A DNA stretch of 64,000 nt from assembly GCA_964016885.1 (NCBI GenBank), contig OZ024746.1, forward strand, positions 28,706,001 through 28,770,000, written 5' to 3'. The translations under genes and the position numbers were made by a program. Shown piece by piece: positions 29,718 to 42,624 of this stretch; the stretch's first letter is position 1; each line of letters starts with the position of its first letter. The stretch is from Eledone cirrhosa (Eukaryota). The notes under the pieces were generated by a model. The model was given only the letters and a program-made list of their open reading frames with translations. It made no database searches and was not told the DNA's origin.

Positions 29718-30612
29718 ATTATTTGGAGCAGTGAAAAACAATTACACGCAAAGACAAAACCACGTTTATGGTATAAAAGAAGTAGACTAATATTCTATTA
29801 GGTGGTTCATAGAGACGTTCTCTGGCAATGAACGGAAAAAACGAAGATAATACGTCATATGTGGAGCGGGAGAACAATTGCACGCAAAGACAAAACCACG
29901 TAAATGGTGTAATTGAGGTCGTAGACTAAAATTCTAACTCGGAAACCGAATGATTCTCAACTTCAGAGTTAAGAATAAAGTAAATAAAATACAGAGGTAA
30001 TTGAAATTAAATAAATACATACACGCATTCATATACGTACCAACAGAAGCATACGCGAAAACACTCGCCATAGGTTTACAAATACACGCATGTACACACA
30101 AAAAAACCCGCACGCACATACGGAACCCACGCAACGCCTGTCCCCGCACGCATACGAATGTATACACCAAATACACATAAAAATATATATAAAATATATA
30201 TATATGTGTGTGTGCGTGTATACATATAATTAAATAAACGTATATAAATAAATAAATACGTATATAACAAGCGCAAACACATACCTACATGTAAATACAC
30301 ATATGTTCGGAGACGAACGTCAACCAAAACATAAAGTACACATATACACACACCCTACATACGTACGAACCCGCATACTCACACAGACGCAAAACTCACG
30401 TATACGCATAACCAAAAGCATATGTACCAGAATATATAATATATACGCCATAACATATACAATCAAATATACGTGCGAGAAAGTATACGTACCTTCACAA
30501 AACATACAGGTAATATATACTTACCTATACAAATAAGTAATGGTATAAACATAACATATAATTAGCTACCACATCAAGACGTAAAATATCCGCGTATAGT
30601 TCGTACTATCCG

Positions 30613-31020
30613 TTAGGGTATAATGTGGGGCTGTAATATAGGAAAGTTTTGTTTACAAGCCGAAATTGCCTCAGATTTTTTGTTTAAGATGTGATCTTTG
30701 GCGTAGTGTATTTCCATGGCCTCAGCGGCGCAGAGGTCACATGGTCTTTTATTTCCGTTATACGATCTAGTCCTAGCTAGGATCTCCCAGTGTAACTTAT
30801 ATTGGGTGTGGTTGTCTTTTAGACTCCAGATAAAAGTTGAAAGTGACGTCATATTCCTTCTTAAAGGGTATCGAAAAGAATGGGCATGCATGTGAAGACG
30901 CTGCTTATATCTATTGGCGGTTAACCCTATGTAGGCCCTACGGGACGTGGGTGTTTCAACCTTACATTTGTAGCCAATATTAGTAGATAGGCATTTCCCG
31001 GATAGGAGGCAGTCATATAT
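30613..31020 (-). pseudogene. Penelope-like GIY-YIG endonuclease fragment
   Basis: CLLSGKCLSTNIGYKCKV...AYIGLTANRYKQRLHMH..SF...WEILA...CDLC..E...LNKKSE. Confidence 0.9.
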
Positions 31021-32617
31021 ATAGAGCACTCTTCACTTCTATGACCTTTTCTGTTTCCAACGGAAATTTAAATACTTATATATATATATATATATATATA
31101 TATCATTTAACGGCTAATTAGTGAACCTTGTTACTCTTGAGTTTCACCACATAGCTATTACATGAATATTTAAGCTCTATTTCGGTATTGAGTACTTTTT
31201 CTCACATACGTCAAAAATTGAGAATGACTTTGTATGACCATTAATAGCAACAACATGTCCCTTAAATTACACCATGTACTCTTACCAACCTGCAATAACA
31301 TATTTGATAACATAGTCCAAGCTACAATATGCATACACAGAATACGCAAGTAATAGCAGGTTTATCACATCACAGTTTACCTGGTATTAGACACAAAAAT
31401 TATAACTATCAATCCCGCTCTCACAAACATCTTTTTATTTCCAAAACAAGAATAATTGTGTTAAGCACGATTTTGTGGATAATGTATTTGGATCTCAATG
31501 TCGTGGGCAAAAATGTCATTGTATGTTCCTCCTGTTAAAATATTTCGAATGTTATATCGTAACAATACGTTCTCATACCTGAACAGGACACCAGTCTCTC
31601 GCACAACAAACTTCCAACCACTTATTGTCCTTGTGTTATTTGTTTTTAGTTGGTTGAAATGGAACATTGTATAATGTGCCTTGCTACAGACTACAACCTG
31701 TCAATCGGTTTGGATATCGTACCCACACGCTTTACATTGCTAGTTCAGTTGCTAACTATTAAGCCATGCGACTATATTTGGAAAGACACACACCAAAATA
31801 TATTTAAGGAAGAAGCGAGAACATTATTTCTAATTAAACGCTGTCTGACTCTAATTATTATTTCGATAATTATGTTATATTATTTGGTTGTATATATTCA
31901 TTCCATCTCAATTGTCATTTTATATTAAGGCAAGGAAAAAGTGAATAATAACCCACGTTACATAATTAATTGTTGTAGCTGAGATATAAAATAATACTAT
32001 AAAAGTGTTCAAACATATTGGAAATTGCGATGGAGCTCCAACAGTGTCGATGATGAGTGTTCCAGTTGTACGATGAATGGAAAACCCTGCGAATTAAATT
32101 AATGTGTGAGTGACTGAATATTCCACAGACACGCGTATCTTTCACGTAATTCCCAGGAATATTCTATCTGAAATTGTATGTGACAAGTTTGGCCCTTTGA
32201 ATAACAAATAGAACCTATCTGATGAGCTTTCAAACAGATTACATCTACCCAATTTCACTCACAGGGGAGGGTTCTAGTCGTGGCTATGTTAAATGTTACT
32301 TATCCAAGATGCCATGCCGAGGTATCGAACACTCTACGATTTCGAAGGGTTCTTCTGAACTATTCAGCCATTCTGTGCCCACAAATTAAAACAGTAAGGA
32401 GACAATAAAGGTATAATGCAGGTAATATAAACACAGTAATTTTTTAATCTAGTTTTCCTGTGGAAGTGGCTGAATATTCCATAGACACGTGTTGGGGTTA
32501 GAGTTAGAGTTTACAGAGTGGGTAAATGTTCACTCTTCAAATATTGAGGTCTCGGGCTCGATCCCATTAGTTTGAGAAGCCAATGGTATAAGCGAAACTT
32601 GAAAGTAAACATTTGTA

Positions 32618-32691
<74 letters not shown>

Positions 32692-32749
32692 TATGCGTGT
32701 GTGTGCGCGTGTATGTGTGTGCGTGTGCGTGTGTGAGAGAGAGAGCAAA

Positions 32750-32790
<41 letters not shown>

Positions 32791-32921
32791 GCAAAGTTAT
32801 ATTTAAAATTGTTGGGTTACAACTAGTAAATATTTATAACTGATATAAAAGCACTCGACAAATATTTGCAGTATATTTACAATATTAAATAAATGGAAAA
32901 CTATATTTATAAAACCATATT

Positions 32922-32987
32922 TATTTCATTATATATATTTCGGGGATATCATATTAACAATATGCTATGCCTTCATCAGACAAAATA
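32922..32987 (-). ncRNA. Type I HHR (left-arm copy)
   Basis: Reverse complement of 33536-33601. Confidence 0.7.
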
Positions 32988-33133
32988 CAATATAAACAGT
33001 TTTATAGATAAATATATTCGACATACCGTAATAGACATCAACTTCATTTGAAGAGGTTTACTCTCAACTTCATTTGAAGAGGTTTACTCTCTCTATATCT
33101 CTCTATATATCTCCCTTACATTAATACTTGAGC

Positions 33134-33168
<35 letters not shown>

Positions 33169-33535
33169 ATGCATCATTGATACACTTACTCAAAACGACC
33201 TCCCACTACCTAATTTTTCTATATTTATATATGTATCTATCTCTATTTCCTCTCTCTATATATATATATATATCTTTCTGTCTCTTTACATGAAGCTCTT
33301 CGCTTTATCTATTTTTCCATCTCTCTATTTTGTCCCATGCATTTCTTCTTTTTCTTTTTCTTTTTCTTCTTTTTCTTCCTTTTCTTCGTTTTGTCTTTCT
33401 TTCTTTCTTATTTCCCTCTTTTCTCTCTCTCTTCCTTTCTCTCTGTATTTTCACTGCTAGAGTAAACCTCTTCAAATGAAGTTGATGTCTATTACGGTAT
33501 GTCGAATATATTTATCTATAAAACTGTTTATATTG

Positions 33536-33601
33536 TATTTTGTCTGATGAAGGCATAGCATATTGTTAATATGATATCCCCGAAATATATATAATGAAAT
33601 A
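33536..33601 (+). ncRNA. Type I HHR
   Basis: tattttgt-CTGATGA-aggcatagcatatt gtt aatatgatatcccc-GAAA-tatata-TA-atgaaata; 8-bp helix I with two G.U, 14-bp helix II with three mismatches, palindromic helix III. Confidence 0.7.
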
Positions 33602-35801
33602 AATATGGTTTTATAAATATAGTTTTCCATTTATTTAATATTGTATATATATATATGTATATTATATTTATGGATGATATAATGACAGTTAACTTAAGGC
33701 GTAATTCAGAATTGATACGCATGCATTGATTCTAGAAATGAAATTTTATTGGCGTAACCATCCTATATGTCTCTGAGAAATATTAAAATACATTTAGATG
33801 CCACAAAATTGCAATAAAAACTAAATTACGATAGATGCCGTTTGGAATATATTGCTACGTTAAAATGTTAATTATACAGATTCAAATACCAGAGTTTATT
33901 ACTTCGAAAGACCTCCAGAAAAAATTAGATTATGTAACTGCATCATTTCTATCATAAATTTAGCAGACTTAATTTTATTAGGTGTTGATAAATGCCAAAA
34001 ATATTTTACTAACGGGCAGTGGAATATGTGAAACTGCTTGCAAAATATTAATGTCCTTCATTAGAAAAGTATTTTCTTAATAGAATTCAAGATTTGTTTT
34101 GTTTTGTTGTGTTTTTTTTTACCTTACAAATTGAAAAATTGTTTTCAGTAATAAAGTTTTAATGCAAAATTTGTGAAATCTGTTCCAAAATATCTTTATT
34201 GTTGTTCACAATACCCTGATAGACTGAAGGTGTCAAGAGATGGTGGCTGTGATATCTGTTGCTTGATATTTTTAAACAATTTTTAATGTGTTGTACAAAA
34301 TACCCTGATAGACTGAAGGTGTCAGAAGATTATGATTCTGAAATCTGTCACTTGATATGTTTAAACAGTTTTTCTCGTGCTTTACACAGAAAGTGTGGGT
34401 AGATTGTGCATGAGATCCGGAAGGGGAAACTTCAAAGCTGCTCGTATGGAATTCACGATATTGAGTGAGAGTATGGAGTGAGGATGTGGAGTGGGGAATT
34501 GTAGTGGACGACATGTTATATACATTGACAACCTGAAGCAGGATACTGGCCTGTGACCTATTCAGGGATTATGCATGGCAATGATGGACAGAGAAAACTC
34601 AGCAAACCAATCTATTGTGCAAGATGTACTGTGCCTGTAATTCGATAACCTTTTTTCTCAGTGTCACTTCCTGAGAATTACCTTCAGGGCACATGTAGAA
34701 TAATCAGCCATTTACACTATAATAACGTGTGTACGTCACACATCCTTTTATGCCGATTTTCCTTGAAAATTATGGAATACTCAGCCATTGGCTCTATAAT
34801 AGAAGATGGTTTGTACATCAACCAATGTTTCAGGCTAAATCTGAGAATTACACCAAGAATACACGTGTCTTTGAAATATGCTTAACTACGCTCTGTGTTA
34901 ATCTCTCGGGCAAACACATCGTTGTTTGATCAACTGCAATACTGATCGTCGAAACTGATGGAGATCCATTTAACTTACAATCGTTTTACTTTTCCTTTTA
35001 AATCATTATATATATAAAGTTGATATTGAAAAATGTTTCTCATCGAATTCTCTATACCTTGCCCTCTCTCAGTCTCTCTCGCTCACTCTCTCTCTCTATC
35101 TATCTATCTATTTCTCCCTCTCTCTCTCACTACCTCTCTCTATCCATCTCTCTCCATTCCATCTCTCTCTCTCTCTGCCCACTCTCTCCCTACCCCTTTC
35201 TCTCTCTACCCCTCTCTCACTTTACCCCTCTCTCTCTATGCCCTCTCTCACTACCATCTCTCTCTCTTTACCCTCTCTCTCTGCCCATCTCTCCCTTTGT
35301 CTCCCCTACCTCCATCTCTCCCTCTAACACCACCTACTCTCTCTCCACTCACTCTCTCTCCACTATTCATTACCTAACAGTTCACCATATTCTACACAGT
35401 TATTTCTTTACAATATTTTTGTATCTCTTCCAACAAAATACCCCAGTTGAAATCGTTCCTCTTTCCTCGGCTGTTCTTCCGGCTTTTATTATGTTTCTTT
35501 TTGTTTTTATTGTTCTTCTTGTTCATGTTATTCATATTGTTGTTGCTGTTATTATTGCTTTTGTTATATTTCTTATTATTATTATTATTATTCGTCCCTT
35601 TCTCTTCGACTACGCCGTGGTTTTCATCGGCATAATAATAATAATACCAATAATAACCATGATGATGAGGATGATGATGATTTCTGTATTTTCATCATCA
35701 TCATGAACATCAGTAATATTATTAGAATTATAGAAATAAATAATATATTACTTCATTTTCAAAACTCAGTTAATATATTTTTTTTAAGTTAAATATATGT
35801 G

Positions 35802-35889
<88 letters not shown>

Positions 35890-36320
35890 TTTCTATGTAA
35901 AATTGTGTGTGTATGCGTATATATACACACACGCACGCGCACACCTTTTTTTAGTTGTTCCATTCCTTTTCTTAACATGCCAAATCTTACTAGAAGGAGT
36001 AGTGAGAAACACAGCAGATGTTAACGGAAAGCATCCATTTGAAATGCAGTGAAAAATATTAACCGAATGACAATATTTAAAGTATTTTTTCTTCTTTTCT
36101 ACCCACTTCTTCGCTTTTTTGGTTTTTAATCTAACGGGGTTTCATTCTTTATTCACCTGCTTCTTCTCATTACGTTTTTGTTTATGCATTTTTTTTTTGT
36201 ATTTTTGTATATTTATAAGCAATATTTCACTTTTATTAGTTTTTTTCTTATTTGCTTCAAACAACAATGAAATTATGGTTTCATTACAACATTGCAATCT
36301 CTCTGCGTTCATCTCTCTTC

Positions 36321-36384
<64 letters not shown>

Positions 36385-36505
36385 ATATATATAAGCATAT
36401 ATATATAAGCATATATATATATATACACATATATATAAGCATATATAAGCATATATAAGCATATATATATATACACATATATATATATATATATATGTAT
36501 ATGTG

Positions 36506-36536
<31 letters not shown>

Positions 36537-36682
36537 ATGTACATACATATGTATATGTATATATATATGTACATACATATACATACATATATATATCTAT
36601 GTGTGTGTATGTGTGAATGCATATTCATATACATTCACACACACGCAGAAATACACACAAACACAACACACATACACCACAC

Positions 36683-36729
<47 letters not shown>

Positions 36730-37280
36730 CCCCTTTTCCACTCATTCTTACGCCCCCCCCCCCCTCTATCAACTATTTATAATCAATACGATAGTTATCA
36801 TGCACAACACATATGATATAATATATTTGTAATATATAGTTTTTAAAGCTTATAAAGAATTTAAAAAAAAAACAGGAATTCAGAGTGTAAATACAGAAAC
36901 GTTCTTAGTGGGCCTTCGTCTATTCTAACTACGATTACTCCAGGTGTATCGTTTACCAAGATCCGTGCCCTGTTAGTGAATTTGTGTAGATGGAAACCTA
37001 TTTGCTGGACTGTAGCTGTAATCCAAAAGGTTAGCCTTATCACACAATGTGTCAAGCCGAATCTCTCTTAGAATGATGTTACGGGTACACAGTTTAAGTC
37101 AAAATCTCTGCCACTCGCACGTTGATTTCACGAGGAGGCCGTCCCGTTGATGCGACCTCAAAACCGACAAATGACTATTGCACTTTTTACTTCTACATCA
37201 CTGTAATTCTCGTTATTCGTTTCTTTGACCTTCAATTACATTATACGTTGCTCTTTCAAACCGAGAGCCCATCTACATAC

Positions 37281-37820
37281 TTTGGTCATCCTTTGGCCTT
37301 CTACTGACCACATACCACCACTGAGAATGACGTCACCTTGGTCATCCTTCAGCTACTAACCACATGCCATCACAAATGACTTCATCTGTGCGAATGGCAC
37401 ACATTGGCCATTCTTCGGACTTCTACTGATCACGTGCCCTCACCAGCTCACCAGTGACCTTATTAATGAAAATGACACACCTTGGCCATCCTCCGGCCAT
37501 CTATTGACAACATGGCATCACCAGTGACCTCATCAGTGACAATGACTCGGCTTGGTCACCCTCTGGATATCTACAGACCACATGCTACTACCAGTGACCC
37601 CCATCAGTAAGAATGACCCATTTTGGTCATTATTCAGCCTCTGCTGACCACATGCCATCCTCCGACCGTCTACAGACCACATGTTATCAACACTAACACT
37701 ATTTGTGAGAATGACGTCACCTTGGCCATCTTCCTGCCTCTGCTCACCACACTCCATCCTCTGGACATCTACTGACCTCAACCTATCACCAGTAACCTCA
37801 TTAATGACAATGACGTCACT
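37281..37820. repeat. Degenerate ~70-bp minisatellite, about 8 units
   Basis: Recurrent CTTGGCCATCCTC...CTACTGACCACATGCCATCACCAGTGACCTCATCAGTGAGAATGAC. Confidence 0.8.
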
Positions 37821-38633
37821 ATTTAGAATCTTTCTTTCCCTTAATTTTTCCTTCATTTATTTTCTTTGTTTTTTTTCCTTAAATATTCCGTCTCTGTCAT
37901 ATTTTTTTTAATTTGTTAGGTAATTCAATATTTACTACTTTCTCTATTTTTCTTCTTTCATTTGTTGATTCATTCAATATTTTTTTTCATCTATCGTTTT
38001 CATTCATTTATTGCTCTCTCCGAAATTTATTTTTCTTCTCTCTCTTTTATTTTCCGTTTTATTCTATGATTTTTGCCTTCTTCTTTTATGTATTATTTCT
38101 TTTATTGTTTTATTATTTTTATGTTCCTGCCATTCCTTCACCTAATTCTTCACCCTGCATCATACATTAATCTTTTTATTATTTCTTTCATCCTTCTTTT
38201 CTTTTTCTTTTGTTTATATTCATTTCTTCTTCCAATATTTCTTTTCTTTCCAACATTTACTCTCCTTTCTACACAAATTCCTTCTTCATGCAATGTATTC
38301 TTTTTACTTTTCTTCCTACTTTTTCTCCATATATTCATTTGCTATTCACTTTATTCTTTCTTTCCTACCTTCTTTCATATATTAATCTATTCCTGTTTCT
38401 CTCTTTCGGGTGTTTGTTTATATATTAATTTATTCTTTCATTCTTTCGTTCTTCACGCCTTCATGTAATCACTCATTCACTAACATATCCTTTGTTCCTG
38501 CCCCCTTACCACCTTATCTCATATGTTCTTGCCACTTCACCCATACTCAACACCCACACAATCTTTCACATTATTCTACTTAACATCTCTTTTACCACTT
38601 TCTCCCTCTCTCCCCCTCTCCCTCTCTCTTCCC

Positions 38634-38695
<62 letters not shown>

Positions 38696-38788
38696 CGAAT
38701 GAAGTGTGGTAAGGTACCAGGTGGATCATAACGCACCAGAGTACTCAATACTTAGGATAGTAGAGTGAGTAATAGGAAAAGGTTCAAG

Positions 38789-38883
38789 ACCCCGACGGCA
38801 GAGCGCAAGCCGTTTCGACAACTATTTCTGGACTAAATTAGAATATTTAGCGTTGTAATAAATAGCTGAACTTTTCAAGGGGT
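38789..38883 (-). ncRNA. Type I HHR with U3-A8 covariant core
   Basis: acccc-TTGAAAA-gttcagctattt...aaatagttgtc-GAAA-cggc(ttgcgctct)gccg-TC-ggggt; 5-bp helix I, G-C closing helix II, GUC triplet. Confidence 0.7.
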
Positions 38884-39469
38884 AATTCCTTATATGGGAA
38901 GATTGTAGTTGTCAAAGGGATTGGTCAAAATTTCTTGTAAACACGATTAAGTCTTTCATGGTGGTGGGTGGGTGGGGAGGCTGAACCTGCCTGTAGAACA
39001 ACGAGCGAGTGGGTGGAGCCGGTCAAGCGTTGAAAGGGAATTCTATACAGCAAATTCTAAGTGTGTATGAGTGTGTATGAAATTAGGCTAGCTAGAAACA
39101 AGAATTCTGGAGGAATCTGAGAGTGGGAAGTTATAAAATTAAAAAGTTAATAAATTGAGATTAAAAAAATAAAAAAAATATAAATGAAAATAATAAAAAT
39201 ATAAAAAAATTAAATACTAATAAATAATTAAAAAAAATAAAGTCTAAAGCAGCTGCTATATTATTAGCTGGTATTGCGTTTTCGGTCAATGCTATATAGA
39301 ATTTACTGGGGCGGGGGTACTGAGGCTACAAAAGCCCGATGGGCTACCTCAGGGTAGGCCAAAGAGGAAATAGGAAAAGGAAGAGGAGAGGGAGTGGAAG
39401 GAAGTGAGAAGAAGAGATAAAAGGAAAAAAGAAAAAAGTACATCTACCTATGTAAACTGGGGATTCCCT

Positions 39470-40292
39470 TATCTTGTTCGGCAAGTGGGAAAAGAAGGAT
39501 GTTGCAACCATTGTCTACCCACCCGGGTCATGAGGGGGTTTGAGGGTGAGGTAAGTCCTACGCAATCAGTGTTTACATGCAGTTACAAGTTCGTCTGTTT
39601 TGTTTAGGAGTTGGTCCTTTGTAAACAGCATTTGTATTGTTTCCTCCGAGCATAAGTTACACGGACGGCGTCCTCCCATGTAGGGGTTACCCTGGAAAGT
39701 AAGCTCCAAGTAAGATGCTATGTTCTGTTATTATCTTGGAGGTCCCAGATGTGGCCCGAAGGTTTAGTGGCCGGGCCGGGTTTCTGAACATATGTCGGTG
39801 TTGGTAAAGCCGCGTCTTAAAGTCAGAAGACTTTAAGACTCCTATATAGGCGTTGTTGGAGTGTTCCATTCTCACATTGCATTTGTAGATCACGTTACGT
39901 TCCCAGCATATGTTGTTGAGGGGGCACGTAGATCTATCAGGGCAGTTACACCTCCTAGTCGGCTCTCCACTAATGGCTAGGTTGTTTCTTCCATAGGAGT
40001 TGAGAGTCTTGTTGTTTGAGGAGGCGATGTTTTGTGCGAAGTTGGGTGTGGTGCTGTGGGAGAGTTTGATAGTGTTTTTGTTGATTATGTTGTGGTGGGA
40101 AGTGTTTTTCAAGGAGCCTTAAGAAGATTTTCCCGAGTGGTGTTGCAACCTCGGTATTGTGGGGAGGGTTGAACCACGTTACGTGGCGTGAGCGGCGGCG
40201 TCGCCTGCTGCTTCCGCTAAGGGAAGCTGGATAAAAGGAGATTTTCTCCCGAAAGCCGCTTCGCTTGAGGCCTGGTTGTAATAAGGTTCATT
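39470..40292 (-). pseudogene. Penelope RT-linker and GIY-YIG endonuclease remnant (frameshifted)
   Basis: RHVTWFNPP...GKIFLRLLEKHFP...INKNTIKLSHS..PN...CNCPDRSTCPL..C..RNVIYKC...AYIG...FKTRLYQH...CNLCSEE...LLNK; CxCx5C linker is described for the Naiad clade. Confidence 0.9.
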
Positions 40293-40395
40293 ATCCCGCC
40301 GACGTTAACTTTACCTTTCATCCTTACGGGGTTGATAAAATAGAGTACCAGTAATACACTGGATAATTGCTGGCCTTGTGCCAAAAGTAGAAACA
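40293..40395 (+). mobile_element. SINE S1, 5'-truncated
   Basis: Core and 3' end present. Confidence 0.8.
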
Positions 40396-40428
40396 ATTAT
40401 ATACATATATAAATATATAAATATATAT

Positions 40429-40515
40429 GTTTCATTCGTGAGATATCATCAGGAAGCGTCCTGATGATTTCTCACGAAAGAAACAGCTCTAGTCCTGTAG
40501 AAGCTTTTCGATATT
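40429..40515 (+). mobile_element. Mini fold-back with HHR-like core (family E)
   Basis: 40429-40454 inverted to 40459-40484; CTGATGA-tttctcacgaaa-GAAA-cagctctag-TC. Confidence 0.55.
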
Positions 40516-40807
40516 AATATATATATATATATGTATATATATTTACTAAAATAACAGATTAAAGTTTAAGCAAAAATCGCTGCTTTCACCCATAACGGGA
40601 TCTTCTGAAAAGGATTTTAGTCTTCAACTTTATTATTATTACTATATATATATAGATAGATTTTGAGTTTATGTTGGTTGTATACCAACACCTCAGTATG
40701 CAGGCTGGAGCACTCGACGAAGTGCGCAGGTTGGTTTGGTTACTCCGGAGTAATATAAAATAAAGTTAAATAAAAAGTCAAATGATTAAAATTTAGCCTC
40801 GTTTATT

Positions 40808-40862
40808 ACTGCTATATATATTTCAGTGACAGCCATCTTTGGCTGTGACCTCTTCCGGCAGT
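40808..40862 (-). ncRNA. Type I HHR (core U4>G in this copy)
   Basis: actgc-CGGAAGA-ggtcacagcca aaga tggctgtcact-GAAA-tatata-TA-gcagt. Confidence 0.6.
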
Positions 40863-41092
40863 TTGAATTAGTATGGTATAGACAAGTACATATGTTGTTG
40901 AGGTGTATAATATTGTCAATACTCTGATATGCCCAGTTCCTGGTTGGGTTGTTATTTCACTGAGGAACTGGAATGATATGATTCCAGTTCCTCAGTGAAA
41001 TAACAACCCAACCAGGAACTGGGCATATCAGAGTATTGACAATATTATACACCTCAACAACATATGTACTTGTCTATACCATACTAATTCAA

Positions 41093-41147
41093 ACTACCTG
41101 AAGAGGTCACAGCCAAAGATGGCTGTCACTGAAATATATATAGCAGT
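41093..41147 (+). ncRNA. Type I HHR
   Basis: actac-CTGAAGA-ggtcacagcca aaga tggctgtcact-GAAA-tatata-TA-gcagt; intact core, one helix I mismatch. Confidence 0.7.
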
Positions 41148-41217
41148 AATAAACGAAGCTAAATTTTAATCATTTGACTTTTTATTTAACTTTATTTTAT
41201 ATATATATATATATATA

Positions 41218-41610
41218 TAAGTATGTATGTATACGTACATACATATATGTATACAGACGTACAGTAGCATTCGTTTTCATTTTATTACAACTGATCGTTT
41301 TCGGTACGCCTGGCCGACATAACTCACTCGATATGCAAATTAGGCTGCTCAGCCGTTAATTTTCATAAGGAAAGTATATACTTTCGAATGTTCAACCATC
41401 TGGCAGAAGGGTATACGGTGCTGATGATAGCTAACAAGCTTGAAACTAGTACATCGTTCCTGTGTCAGTGTTGAACAAAAGGGTGACGTGGTTGCCTTAA
41501 CACCGTACGGCATAAATTCAGGCTGTTCAGTTTGTTTACAAACGAACAAAGCGGGCGCTATAATAAGCGTCCGCTAAACTGATACGTACATATATGTATG
41601 TGTACCTGTA

Positions 41611-41643
<33 letters not shown>

Positions 41644-41758
41644 GCATGCTACTGTACGTCTGTATACATATATGTATGTACGTATACATACATACTTACA
41701 TTTAAGTAAGTGCCGTACTAAGAGTGAGAAATGAAATTTCGTTTTCATTTTATTACAA

Positions 41759-41763
<5 letters not shown>
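41218..41763 (+). mobile_element. Non-coding HHR element family C (terminally redundant monomer plus short inverted arm)
   Basis: TTCGTTTTCATTTTATTACAACTGAT at 41270 and 41738 (period 468); 41218-41270 inverted to 41645-41698; (TA)n flanks. Confidence 0.8.
41415..41457 (+). ncRNA. Minimal type I HHR
   Basis: acggtg-CTGATGA-tagct aaca agctt-GAAA-ctag-TA-catcgt; palindromic CTAG helix III, GUA triplet. Confidence 0.85.
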
Positions 41764-41821
<58 letters not shown>

Positions 41822-42624
41822 GTAAAAAAGAAAAAGGATAGGAGAAAATCTAAAGGGATTTTCTCTCAGAATAACAGCAAAATATTTATTTACAAAATAG
41901 GAATTTCCTTATTATTCGTACTGGTTTCAGCTTATAGGCGTCTTCATGCAAATCCTATGCAATTTAATTTCATTATAGACTTCCGTCACAGAGATAGACA
42001 TCCACCACCAGAATAGGTTAACATTGTTGGACACTCAAACGTCTCGATCAACAGTGATTTAGATGTTTGAGCATATATGTATTTATACACACACACACAC
42101 ACACACATACACACACACACACAGACACACATACACACACACACACACGCACGCACATACACACACACACGCACCACACACACATATATATATATATATG
42201 CAAAAATTATACTGAAATAATAAAGCAAAGGGCACAGTACAATGAGGAAATATATTAGTTTAATGCTTGATATATAATAAAGATATGAGTCTTTACGTTT
42301 CTGTCACTAGTCCTTCTGCAGAAAATAGAATGAGAAATAAAAGATGAAATAGAAAGATAGAATGTGAGAAGAGGAAGGAACGGAAAATTGAGAAGTAAAA
42401 CATACGCGCGTATTCAGTCAGCCATTTTGTATATATGTGTGTAGTGTGTGTGTGTGTGGGGGGGGGGGGGTGTCTGTGCCTGTGTGGCAGGAATGACAGA
42501 TAGAGAAAGAGAAAGACAGGGAATGTTCTATTGGAGAAAAGTAAAGATATTTCATGAGAGGTGTTCTAACATCAAAATATATTTCAATATATATACTACT
42601 TTTATCTTACATTTTCCATTACAC

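Larger units (their letters stand above)
29237..31020 (-). mobile_element. 5'-truncated Penelope-like retroelement (family B) with long 3' region and terminal HHR-like motif
   Basis: GIY-YIG at 30613-31020, pLTR-type terminus at 29237-29400 repeated elsewhere; continuity between the two parts is inferred. Confidence 0.7.
32785..33645 (-). mobile_element. Fold-back element: ~185-bp inverted arms (32880-33064 / 33459-33645), ~400-bp spacer, ~95-bp tail
   Basis: Arms are reverse complements; each holds an outward-facing HHR; TA-rich flanks. Confidence 0.85.
38694..40292 (-). mobile_element. 5'-truncated Naiad-type Penelope-like retroelement (family A parent)
   Basis: Linker plus GIY-YIG remnant, ~600-bp 3' UTR, HHR and tail ending at (TA)n. 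Confidence 0.85.
40660..41202 (-). mobile_element. 450-bp palindrome (40753-41202, 6-nt spacer) plus ~93-bp tail
   Basis: Arms symmetric about 40975-40980 with about three differences; HHR in each arm. Confidence 0.9.

Noticed and set aside
39565-39575. In-frame TGA after ACKH in the Naiad-like ORF as possible selenocysteine
   Set aside because: Not at a conserved Cys position; more simply CGA>TGA decay in a frameshifted copy; no SECIS recognised by eye.
41915-41955. Minus-strand CATGAAGA...GAAACCAGTA HHR-like motif
   Set aside because: Core and helix II imperfect; probably a decayed pLTR but not supportable as a ribozyme.
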